Part shown: piece by piece, positions 1 through 15,200 of the stretch
Position numbering within the stretch: position 1 is the stretch's first letter
Layout of the letters: each line of letters begins with the position of its first letter
Assembly: GCF_009914755.1 (NCBI RefSeq)
Contig: NC_060934.1
DNA length: 64,000 nt
Source: the human T2T-CHM13v2.0 reference genome, Homo sapiens
Strand: one strand, 5' to 3'
Translations under genes and position numbers: made by a program
The notes under the pieces: model-generated
The model's input: only the letters and a program-made list of their open reading frames with translations
Databases searched by the model: none
What the model was told of the DNA's origin: nothing

Positions 1-399
1 GTTATGAAGAACTGAAGGAAGAAAACAGACTGAGATGGAGAGTCACAGGAAGAGACAGAAAAAATGACAAGCTGAGCTTAAAAGGGGAGCTGGGGAGTTA
101 AGGGAGGGTTGCAAACAAAACCAAACCTCTAATCCCAGCATTGGAATTGACGAAGAAAAGACTGGATCAGTCATGGGAAGCCTTCTCTTCCTGACAATGT
201 GAAAGGAATGGTCAGAGATAGCAATGACAAGGACAAGGGGAATGGTGTGGAGAGAATAGAGAATAAAGATCAAAGCTGGAATCACAGATAATTCTGGGAA
301 AACTAATGCACAAACCAGAAAACCCACAAAACTTTGACAGGCTCAAAGAAGACACCATTGGAGAAATACTTTTGAATTTCAAAATAATCAACTGTAAGC

Positions 400-1140
400 C
401 AAAGGGACTTATCACACTCTAAACAAAGTTCTTAAAATAAACCTAGACATATTGTGATTAAAATATTAATTGGACAAAGAATACATACTATAACAAATTC
501 TTACAGAGAAAAAATGGTATTAACTAAAAATCTGCTTTATTTCAGACCTTCCATTTTATACCCTAGAAACAACAACAGAAAGGAGTAAATGTCTCCAACT
601 TATGTAATGCCACAAGAAGTGCATTCCGGACTAAGAAGCCCATTGCAAGATATAAAAGGCTCAGAAATAATCAAAAGTGGCTTGCTTGGAAAAACAGCGT
701 GAATATATAATCTAGCCACTCTGAAAATTAAGAGATCTAGATGGGCAAATCATGGTAGAAAAGCAATGACTTTGAACACTGAAATAATTTAAGCTCATAG
801 TTAAAATGATCTAACTCAAAAAAAAAAAAGAGCAAATAACCTTTCAGAACAATTTGACATCAGACTTTTCAAGAGCAACAGAAGCATTAGTTTCAATAAG
901 ACAATGGAGTAAGGTATTTTAAGGCATTTTAAGTAAAAGAACATTAAATCTGAAATTTTATATCCAGACAAATTGCCTTTCAAACGTCATAAAAATATTT
1001 TCAGACATACAAGGAAGGCTTCATTGGTTTTGTCTAACAATGACCCATTTTAGAAAGACTTTGTGATAAAGTATCCAAATAAGAAAAGAAACAAACCTAA
1101 CAAATGCTGCAGGAGATACATGAAGTAGGAGTGATAAAAT
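400..1140 (+). mobile_element. Highly degraded ancient L1 ORF1-like fragments (L1M/HAL1-like)
   Basis: L1 ORF1 C-terminal-like motifs such as gacatcagacttttcaagagcaaca and ttttatatccagacaaattgcctttcaaa. Confidence 0.5.
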
Positions 1141-1346
1141 ACCTGGAAAATTTTATTTTGTCTTTTAAAAGGCTAAGAGCACTCCCAAATGGAAAGGATA
1201 AAGTGTATATATAAGAAACCAAAATGGGAATGAAAGAGAATAGCAGGATGATATGGTATGAAGCTGTTAAATTTCTTATTATTGAAAAAGAGTTTTTTAA
1301 AAAACCTCAAAACACTGGATAATTTAAATCAAAATTTCAAATTTCC

Positions 1347-2289
<943 letters not shown>

Positions 2290-2498
2290 AACAATCACAA
2301 TAAATATTATTGTCAGTTTGAAGGCAGTGATTGGAAAAAATATCTGCTATGTCTTCTTTGCAAATTTTGCTTTAAGGAGGCTGAGGCTTTAAGAGTGAAG
2401 GTAATAAGAAGAGATATGCAAAGCAATTCTAATAAAAAGAAAAACTAAGTCACTATCAGACAATATAGAAATTAAGGCAAAACAGTATAGAGAATATA

Positions 2499-4142
2499 TA
2501 GACAGTAGTGGAATTGTCGGATTATATGGTAGTTCTATTTGTAGTTTTTTGAGGAAACACCAAACTGTTTTCCATAGTGGTTGTACTATTTACCTTTCCA
2601 CCAACAGGGTAAAATAATTTCACTTTCTACTCATCCTCACCAGCATTTGTTATGTTTTTTTTGTAATAGCCATTCTAACTGGAGTGAGGTGATATCTCAC
2701 TATGGTTTTGATTTGCATTTCCCTGGTGATTAGTGATGAGCATTTTTCATATACATACTGTCTCTTTGCATATCTTCTGAGAAGTTCATATTAAGATCTC
2801 TTGTTCATTTTTAAATCAGATTTTTTTTTGTTATTGAGTTGTTGAGCTTCTTGTATATTCTGCATATTAACCCCTTGTCAGATGCATAGTTTATAAATAT
2901 TTATTTTCTCCTATTCTGCAGGTTGTCTCTTCACTGTTGATTGTTTCCTTTGCTGTGCAGCTTTTTAGTTTGATTTAATCTCATTAGTCTATTTTTGTAT
3001 TTGTTGTCTTTTTTTTGAGGTCTTACATAAAAAGTTATTGCCTAGACCAATGTCATGAAGTGTTTCTCCCATATTTTTTTCTGGTAGTTTCATAGTTTGG
3101 GGGTCTAACATTTTAGTATTTAATCTATTTTGAGTTGATTTTTATAAGAGATAAGGGTCTATTTTCATTCTTCTGCATGTAGATATTCAGGTTTTCCAGC
3201 ATCATTATTGAGAAGACTACTTTTTCTAATGTCTGCTCTTGGCACCTTTATGAAAACCAGTTGGCTGTAAATGTGTGTATTTATTTCTGGGCTCTCTCTT
3301 TTGTTTAATTGGTCTACATGTCCATGTCTACATTGGTACCAACCTGTTTGGTTACTATTGCTTTGGGGTATACTTTGAAGTCAGAAAGTGTAATGCCTCC
3401 AGCTTTGTTCTTTTTGTTTAAGATTGCTTTTGCTATCTGGGATCTTTTGTAGCTCCATACAAAGTTTAGAACTGTTTTCTTCTATATATGAAAAATGATT
3501 ATGTTGAAGGAATATCTGCACTCCTATGTTTATCTATGCTTATTACAACACTACTCACAATAACTAAGATATAGAATCAACCTAAGTGCCTACCAATGGA
3601 TGAATAGATTTTTAAAATGTGTTATACATACAACACAACATAATATTACTTAGCGATAAAAAAGACTTAAATCTTGTCATTTTCAACAAAATGGATGAAC
3701 CTAGAGGACATTACGTTAACCCAAATAAGCCAAGCACAGGAAAAATGTCACATGGTCTCACTCGTGGAATCTTAAAAAAGCCAATCTCATAGGAGTAGAG
3801 AGTAGAATAGTGGTTACCAAAGTTGGGAGAGTAGTGGGGAGGTGGAGAAGGGCAGAGGTTGTTTATTGGGTATAAAATTAGTTAAAGAGGAGTAATGACT
3901 TCTGGTGCTCAGTTGCATAGTAGGGTGACTACAGTTAAAGATAGTGTGTTGTATATTTCAAAATAGCTAGAAGAGGGAAGTTTGAATGTTCTCATCACAA
4001 AGAAATGACAAATGTTTGAGGTAATTAATATGCTAATTATGCTGATTTGATTATTATACAATGTATATATGTATCAAAACATCACACTGTACCCTATAAA
4101 CATGCACAATTATTATGTGTCAATTAAAAGACAAAATTAAAA
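2499..4142. mobile_element. L1MA-class element with 5' inversion: 2499-~3498 on - strand, ~3500-4142 (3' end) on + strand
   Basis: The two segments are adjacent in L1 consensus order but opposite in orientation. Flanking TSD agtatag(a/g)gaatata at 2484-2498 / 4143-4157. Confidence 0.8.
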
Positions 4143-4159
4143 AGTATAGGGAATATAGA

Positions 4160-6750
4160 AAATCACTACAGAATGTTGAAAGCATTTAATGAATCAAAAA
4201 CACATATCTAATTCATGCATGTCTAAACAAGTATGTGCCTAATAAATTAGTCACAAGATATACACATATAGAATTACAAAAAAAAAAACTCTAAAACTCT
4301 ATTAAGTGAGTAATTTCTAAGGAACTTCCTCATTGGTCAAGCAAACCAATGGCCAAAATTATAGAAGATGTGAACAACACAATTTAATGAGCATATAGTT
4401 GCGTATCAGACAATATAAAAACACACATCATTCTCAGGCATTTATAATACAGTCCCGAAACTGGATTACATACTAAACAAGAACAAACTATGTTCTTAAC
4501 CAAAGGTTACAAGATAGAAACAAAAACATAAGATATTGTTACATAGAGAAAAATTTTAAAGTACTTGTAAATAACTCCAAGATCATAGAAAAATCCATAA
4601 TGGATAGTTCAAAACCATCTAGAACTATAACAACAACAAAACCCCAAAACGATGACCACATAGCTAAATTTATAGAATATAGCAAAAGTGGTAATTCGAG
4701 GAAAATATTTAACTTCCAATTCTTATATTAGAAGAGAAGCAAAACCTAAGAATCTATAAAGAGAGTAACATTAATTTCAAAAATATACAAGGAAGGAGAT
4801 AAGGACAGAAATTAACACAATTATTTATTTACTTAATAAATCTTTATATATTACTTTCTATGTGTCAGGCAGCACGAGTGCTTTGCAGTTATTAACTCTT
4901 CTAATCATCATAACAACCTATGAGGTGGATATAATTCCCACTTTACAGAGATAGAAACGGAAGCACAGAGAGTTTAAGTAATTAACACAGAACCACACAG
5001 CTAGTAATTGCTGGAGCCAGAATCTGGCTACAGAGTTTGAGCTGTTTCGTTAAAATAGAAAGACTCCAATATACATAAAAGTCAATTATTTAAAAAGAAT
5101 AATAAAATAGGCAAACCTCTGGGATTATTGATTTGGAGAGAGAGAGAAATAAAGAGTGACAACAAACAAACAATATTATGATTTAAAAAGTGACATAATT
5201 AACAACAGAGTAAAAACTAAAATATGAGAGAATATTATTAATTCCTTTATGCTAATAACTTTTAGAAGTTAGAAAATTTGTTTGTTAAAGTTAATGTAAA
5301 ATAATTCAATAAGAAATAAAACATGAAAATTCTGTTAGCTTTTGAAAAAAATTAAAAGAATTAAAGGTTTTCCCACAAAGAAGTTCTTAACATTTTCATA
5401 GGCAATTTTTACTAAATTTACAAGATGCATGTTCTTTTTAGAAATATAAGCAAAAGGAGCATACTGTAACTCGTCTTATAAATCCACTATAATTTTGATC
5501 TGAAAAGAAATAAAAATTATTCAAGAAGAAAATTTTACAGGACTATTCATTTTATTTGTCAATATAAATGTAAAATGTCTAAATAAAAGTGTTAAAAATC
5601 TTTAAAACAAATTCTAAATAACTAAATACAACAGAATTTATGAATTTTGTTAAACAAATTAATAGAGAAAACCCATGTCATCACCTCACAGAGACAAAGA
5701 AAACTTTCCATAATATTTAATATCTTATTTATGATAAAATTATATTAGGAATGGAAAGAAAGTGCTTTATTTTGATAAAAGGGATCTACAAAGTACATTT
5801 AATAAACATAACCATAAGTGGGAAAATGTAAAGCAACTGCTTTAAAATCAGAACATAAAATGATGTTCAATATTAACAAATCTATTCAACATTATACTAC
5901 ATGTTCTAGAATATACAATTATAGGGAAAAAAACCTAAGAATTAGATATGTGAAATTAAGAGATATTATTTTCAGATTACGTGTTTATATATAAAACAAA
6001 CAAAAATAATCTTGAGAAAAACTATTAGCTATAAGAGATGAATTTAGATAAACAAATATAAAATCTCTCTATAAATGTTACTTGTTTTTCTATACACCAA
6101 ACAATTAGAGAAAACATCTTTAAAGGACAGCATTTACAATAGCAAATAAATCTAACAAAAATGTGCAACATCTGTAAGAGGAAGTTATAAAAATTACTGA
6201 AAGTCATTAAAGAATTTTAAAATGAACTGTTAACCCATGATCAAGGAAAACAAGACATAATATGGTAAGGATATCAACTGTCGCTGAAATTGTTCTATAC
6301 AGCCAAAGAAATGCTAATCAAAAAAGCAACATTTCACAAGGAACTTGGAGGGAATAAAGAGCCAAGAATAGCTAAGACATTTCTGAAGAAGAACTGGGAG
6401 AGAGAACCCAACTTAACAGATAATATGATTTATATGATTTATTATTAAGCCATAGAAATTAAGATAGTTCAGTATTGGTACAGTGATAGATCAACTGACC
6501 ATCACAATAAAATAGAGAACCCAGAAGCAGACCCACATATATATGAATATGAAAATTTGCCTATAGAAAACAGGAGGCATGATAAATCATTAGGCAAAGG
6601 ACTACTGGATAAATAGAACTGTGGTAAAATGCTTATTCGTAACCTTTTAAAAATGAAATTGTATGCCAACTCATATTATGCACAAAATTTATCTCCACAT
6701 AGATTCAGATCTTATCTTTAAAAGGAAAAAAAATTAAATTTTAATAGGAA
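4160..6750 (+). mobile_element. Ancient degraded L1 ORF2 (L1ME-like), interrupted by a MIR
   Basis: Scattered ORF2 landmarks (aataaaataggcaaacctctg; atagagaacccagaagcagacccacatatatatg). Confidence 0.65.
4830..5045 (-). mobile_element. MIR SINE
   Basis: MIR core on the reverse strand: aacaacctatgaggtgg...cccactttacagagatagaaacggaagcacagagagtttaagtaatt...cacacagctagtaa. Confidence 0.85.
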
Positions 6751-6953
6751 GAACTCCTAATCCTGGTCATAACAGAGGAACTGGTACTAGCACTTCCACC
6801 AATAAATAACTTAAAAGCAGAAATAAATATACAAAAAAAAACTGTTTTCAAACACTGGACAAGAGGCAGGGCAGAACTGTGACCGTTGAGAGAAGAGAGA
6901 CAGATGAAGAGAGTCCTGCAATCTCACCAGAACTCCAAGCATCCAAGCAGAAT

Positions 6954-6955
<2 letters not shown>

Positions 6956-7005
<50 letters not shown>
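6956..7005 (+). repeat. (AC)25 microsatellite
   Basis: Perfect dinucleotide run. Confidence 0.98.
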
Positions 7006-7006
<1 letters not shown>

Positions 7007-7027
7007 AAGGAACATTCAAATCAAATT

Positions 7028-7515
7028 GCTTATTTGCAGGATCTAAAAATCAAAACAATTGAACTCATGGAGACAGAGAGTAATTGGTACTAGCACTTCC
7101 ACCATAAATAAAAACAGGAATAAATATACAATAAAAATTGTTTTCCAACACTGGACAAGAGGTTGGTTGCCAGAAGGGTGGTTACCAGAGGCTGGGAAGG
7201 GTAGTTGGAGGGTAAGTGGAAGGTGGGGATGGTTAATGGGTACAAAACATATAGTTAAAAGAATGAGTAAGAGCTATTATTTGATAGCAAAACAGTGTGA
7301 CTATAGACAATAATAACTTAACTGTATATTTAAAAATAACTAAAAGAGTATAATTGGATTGATTTGTAACACAAAAGATAAATGTTTGAGAGGATGGATA
7401 CATTCCCCATGATGTAATTATTTCACAGTGCATGCCTGTATCAAAACATCTCATGTATCCTATAAATATATACACCTATTATGTACCCACTAAAAATACG
7501 ATTAATTTATTTTTA
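7028..7515 (+). mobile_element. L1MA2-like 3'UTR fragment carrying an internal ~88-nt insertion
   Basis: aaaacaattgaactcatggagacagagag...ggttaccagaggctgggaaggg...catctcatgtatcctataaatatatacacctattatgtaccc. Confidence 0.85.
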
Positions 7516-7529
7516 AAAACCCCACATAC

Positions 7530-10500
7530 AAACTTAACCTAACTGACATTTATGGAACACCACATCCAACAACTTCAGTGCAAATGAACTACTCACCTAG
7601 ATTAACTATTGTTTTTCTATCAGACAAGTCTCAATAACTTTAAAACAACTAAAATCAAGCAGAAAATATTCTGTGACCAAAACAAAATTAATTAATAAAT
7701 TAATAACAAAAGCATTTTCAAAAAAAAAGCTCTAAATAAAGAAATTTAAGCAACATATGTGAAAATAACCAATTGGTCAAAAAACTGTAATGAAAATTAG
7801 AAAATATATTTTTAGATTTTAATTTTTGTGGGTACATGGTAAGTGTATATATTTGTGGGTTACATCAGATGTTTTGATACAAGCATCAATACATAATAAT
7901 CACATCAGAGTCAATGGGGTATCCATCACCTCACACATTTATACTTTTTGTTATATTTTGAGCTAAAAAATAATGCACACTCAAATAGCAAAGTTTATGG
8001 GACACAGTCAAAGCAGTATTTATTTAAAAAGTTATAGTTCTGAATATTTATATTTTTTTAAAAGAGAAAGGTATACAGTCACTAACCCAAGCTTTCAATT
8101 AAGGAGCTAAGAAGAACAAAGTAAGCACAAAATAAATAGAATTAATGGAACACTAAATAGGGGATATCAATGAAATTGAAAAAAAACAGAAAATATATAA
8201 AGACAAAAATTCATTCTTGACAGTAACAATAAAAATTGATAAAACCCTATTTAGACTAGTTAAGGAAGAAAAAAATGAAAAAAAAGCATAAATTACCCAT
8301 CTAGGGAGTAAAAGACAGGGTATCACTACTGATTCTACGAACATGAAAATGATAATAAAAGACTGCTATAAATAATATGCCAATGAATTTGAAAAAATAA
8401 AGTGAAAAAAAAAGTTTTGAGATCCAAATGACCAAAACTGACATTAGAAGAACTAAGAATTCTAAATAGACCTGTAACAATTAAAGATATTGAATTCATA
8501 ATTCAAAAGCCTCATACAAAGAAAATACAGGTCTACATGGCTTTACACAACCATATGGGAACAAACAATACCAATTTCACACAAACAACTTCAGACAGAA
8601 CAGGGGAAAGGGTACTTCCTAACTCATTTTATATGACCAATGTTATACTCATTCAAAATCAAAGACATTACAAGAAAAAAATCATAGATTAATACCCTTC
8701 ATCATAATAAATCTAATTCACTTATATATAAAAAAGATATAGCATTATGACTATGTACGTATTTGTCATAGAATTGCAAGGTTGTTTTACCTTTCAAAAA
8801 AAATCAGTCAATATAATTCACTCCTCATTAACAGAATAAGGCAACAAATTACCATAACAATCACAGTAAAAATTGTATTACATTCAAAGCTGAATTATGG
8901 TAAATGCCTCAGCAACAAAAAAACTGGATAAAGCCCATGTTCAAAAAAACCTTCATTTCACAACATGCTTAATAATAAAACCTGAATACTTTCTAATTAA
9001 GTTTGGGGACAAGGATGTCAGCTCTTACCACATCTTTCCAACATTATAGTAAAGGTACAAAAGAAAAAACCACAGAATGAAAAGAAAAGAAAATGAAGGA
9101 AAAAAGAGGATGGGAGGAGAGAGAAGGGAGAAAAGGAAGGAAGAAGTTGACTGCCCTTTTGGTCATATATCTAAAAAATGCAAAGAAGATAAGAAAAATA
9201 TACTAGAATATAGGAACATACTATACATAATATATAGGAATATAATAATAAAATATAGAAATAAAATTCTAGATCTAATACATATTTAACAAGTTCACAG
9301 GATACAAAAACCTGGTATCTGTCTACACACCATTAGTTAGCCACTGAAAAATGAAATTTAAAACAACTTTTGAAACAGTGTACAAAACATAAACTACATA
9401 ATACTAAATTTAATAAGATATATGCAAGGGCTGTGTACTAAAAAACTATTGATGAGAAAAATAAAATAAAACCTAAATAAATGAAAAGATTTGGCATGTT
9501 CATGAGTGAAAGACTCAATATTGTTAAGATGTCCAATAAACCCTAAATTGGTCAAAAGATTTAACAATCCCCCCCAAAAAATCCCAGATGTTTTCAGACA
9601 ATTTGACTCTAAGAAATTATGTGATTCTAAAAATTTAAAGGACTAAGAATAGACAAAATAATGTTTACCAAGGCAGTAAAAGTGAAGAATTTACATCATG
9701 TGACTATAAAGCTTCAGTAATGAAGAAGGTGTGGTATTAGCTTAAAGATAAGTGTATTTTAAAAACTAAACAGACTAGAGAGTCTGGAAAAAGATCCACA
9801 TATACATGCTGAATGCATTTTCAACAAAGATCCCAAAGTAATAAATTAGGGCAAGAAATGCCTTTTCAATAATTAGATATCATATGATAAATAAATAGGT
9901 AAATAAATACCTTGATACCTCCCTCACAACACATACAAAACAATAATTCAAAATCAATCATAGCCAGAAAAGTAAAACATAAAACTATAAAATTTTAGAC
10001 AAAAACATAGGGAAAAATATTTGTGACTTTGGGATGGACAAAGTTTTTTTAATAGGAAACAAAAAGCCATAAAAGAAAGATTGATAAATTGGACCCCATA
10101 ACTATCATGCTTTAAAAAAAAAAAAGTCCATTAAGGAAAAGACAAGCAAGCTATGGTCTGGGAGAAAATATTCACAATACATACACCTAATTAATGAATG
10201 GTATCCAGAATATTGAAGAAATTATATAACTCAATCAAAGAAGACAAGCAATCCAATGTTTTAAATGGGCAAAAGATTTGAATAGACACTTCACAAAAGA
10301 ACACATTAAGAGTTACCAACAAGCACATGAAATGATGCTCAATATTATTAGTCTTTATAGAAGAATTTGAAAACACAAATACCACTATATGCCCACCAGA
10401 ATGACAAAAATTAACACAGTCATGCCAAGTGTTGGTAAGAAAGTGGAGCAACTGGAAATTCCATATATTTCTGGTGAGAATACAAAAGGATATAGCCAAT

Positions 10501-11080
10501 TTGGAAAACAGTTCAGCAATTTCTTAGACTGTGTTCTTAGACTATGGCTAGACATTTATCATAACCCTAGATATTTAATTAAGACAAATTAAAGCATACG
10601 TCCCCATCCACACAAATAATTGCATGTGAATGTTCTCAGAAGCTGGATTTATGATAACCCAAGTTTGGAAAAAAAAACAAATTTTCATAAAATTGTGATA
10701 ATATTCATATAATGAAATGCCACTCAAATAAAAAGGAACAATTCAATAAAAAGGAATAAACAAAACAACGTGGAAAACTCAAAAACATTAGGCTAATTAA
10801 AAGAAAATTGATATAAAAGATGACTGTGTACTTTATTTGTATGTTCTAGAATAGATAATATTTATAGTGACAGAAATCAAAAACTTGCCTACAATGAAGG
10901 GGGCATTCAATTCAAAAGGGGAATGGGAGAACTTTTTAGTGTCATGGAAAGGTTCTAGTGCTTAAATAGGGTGGTGGTTACCTGTATGAACATATTTATC
11001 ATTACTAATCTAATCATGCAATCAAAATGGGTGCACTTTAATATTTGTAAATTACATCTCAACAGATTTTTTTAAACTTT
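7530..11080 (+). mobile_element. Old L1 (L1MD/L1ME-class) ORF2 and 3'UTR, degraded
   Basis: Collinear ORF2 landmarks (aagactcaatattgttaagatg; gggcaaaagatttgaatagacacttcac). Ends at tgtaaattacatctcaacagatt. Confidence 0.75.
7808..7952 (-). mobile_element. Short L1MA3-like 3' terminus
   Basis: tttaatttttgtgggtacatggtaagtgtatatatttgtgggttacat...ggggtatccatcacctca. Confidence 0.8.
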
Positions 11081-11164
11081 ACAAAATGTAAGAATATATA
11101 TTTTACCTTGGATTCAGACAAATAGTACTGCTTTTAAAAGTAAAAAAAAAATCTTGGTTTATTA

Positions 11165-13680
<2,516 letters not shown>

Positions 13681-14134
13681 AAAAGGAGTGCTATCAGCAA
13701 GATGGGTAATTAGAAAGACCTGCCACACATTTCTCCTTATAAAAAAGGACCAAGTAAGTAAATTAACAACTAAAACTTTTACTGAAACTTCAGAGGGAAA
13801 GTGCTGAAGTGTAACAAAGGAGTAGTGAAGTCATTTCAGTGTTCAGAGACTCAAGAGGGTAGCAGAGAGGGGAGCAAGGCACCCTCCCTCTGCTGAACCA
13901 TCTCTCTTATTGAGATCAGCTCAGAGTGGAGGGACTTCTTCCTGTGGGAAAGGGAAAGCAGAGGACCTGCAGCAGCCCTCACTGCCACTATAGCCCCCCT
14001 GTAGTCTTTACTACAGAAGAATCCCACAGTCTTCACAATCCCTCAGCTCAGTCTGGGAGCTGTCTGGAATTCACATGGCTGCTTTTCACTGGATTAGGAG
14101 CACAAGTTTTGTACTTCCATTATCCAATTACCCA

Positions 14135-14422
14135 AGCTGCTGGGGTGTGGTGCCATCTTAAAACCAGAGCCACTACTGGAGTGTGCTCTGCCCTGGGGGC
14201 CAGTAGCAACTTTGGGCCTCCAACCATGGGATTCCACCATCTTTCCACCCACATGGGTGGCTGTAACACCATGACCCCAGCTGCTGGGGTGTGGTGCCAT
14301 CTTAAAACCAGAGCCACTACTGGAGTGTGCTCTGCCCTGGGGGCCAGTAGCAACTTTGGGCCTCCAACCATGGGATTCCACCATCTCTCCACCCACATGG
14401 GTGGCTGTAACACCATGACCCC
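14135..14422 (+). repeat. 144-bp near-perfect tandem duplication (143/144 identical)
   Basis: Copies at 14135-14278 and 14279-14422; single T/C difference at 14243/14387. Confidence 0.97.
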
Positions 14423-14526
14423 AGCTGCTCAGAGCCTGGGCCCAGGAATGGCCCTTGCTCCCTTACCACACTGCAGGTAAGCCATCCTGGGTCAGCTGAA
14501 CTGCTGTGCACCCATGTCCCTGGCCA

Positions 14527-15200
14527 GATAAACAGTCCAGCAGACCTGACCCTGGCTAGACACACCCTTGAGCTGCTAAGCAGCTGTGGCCAGAGTTGGA
14601 GAAACAGTCTAGCAGACCTGACTCTAGCAGAGAAGGCCCCAAAGCAGATGAGCAGCTGTGTGCCTGAGTCATGGTAAGAGAAACACTCCAGCAGACCCAT
14701 TCCAGGCAGACCTGGCCTTAAGCTGACCTAACTACCATGCACCCTCACTCCCAACTGGAGATGAAGCCAGGCAAACCTGCCCCGGCCGACATGCCCCTAA
14801 GCTCCCAAGCATCTGCATCATCATATTCCCCATCAGAAAAACAGCCTGGTGGACCTGCCCCAGGCAGACATATGCCTGAACTGGCTTAGTGGCTATGCAC
14901 CCATTACCCTGACCACAGAAATAGCTGAGTAGACCCAACCCTGGCAGACCCACTCCAAGCCAGCCAAACAGGCATGACTCATGTCTCCAGTTGGAGTAAT
15001 AACCCAGAGACCCTGACCCCGGTGAGCCAGTCCCCAAGCCAGCTGACTCATCCTGAGCACCTGCACCCAAAGTCCAAAAAACATCCTGGTGGCACAAACC
15101 TTAGTGAACCAGCCCTCAAGTTGGCTGATCCACTGTGTTCATGCATACACCCTAGCCTGAGAAACACTTCAGCAAGCCCACCCCTGAAGAAGCTGTGTCA
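14527..15200 (+). repeat. Degenerate ~79-bp tandem array (~9 units) within the L1 5'UTR
   Basis: GAGAAACA-like anchors at 14527, 14599, 14678, 14758, 14836, 14916, 14994, ~15075 and 15159. Confidence 0.75.

Noticed and set aside
7370-7952. Inverted pair of L1MA 3' ends ~300 bp apart as a functional hairpin
   Set aside because: Short, diverged copies that appear to be independent insertions; stable pairing is unlikely.
13926-14480. 184-aa ORF with an internal 48-aa repeat
   Set aside because: A by-product of the 144-bp duplication in a GC-rich L1 5'UTR; non-ATG start, no recognisable domain, and ORFs on both strands.
14527-15200. Repeat-spacer-like periodicity suggestive of a CRISPR array
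   Set aside because: Eukaryotic context, degenerate whole-unit similarity rather than identical repeats with unique spacers, and no cas genes.
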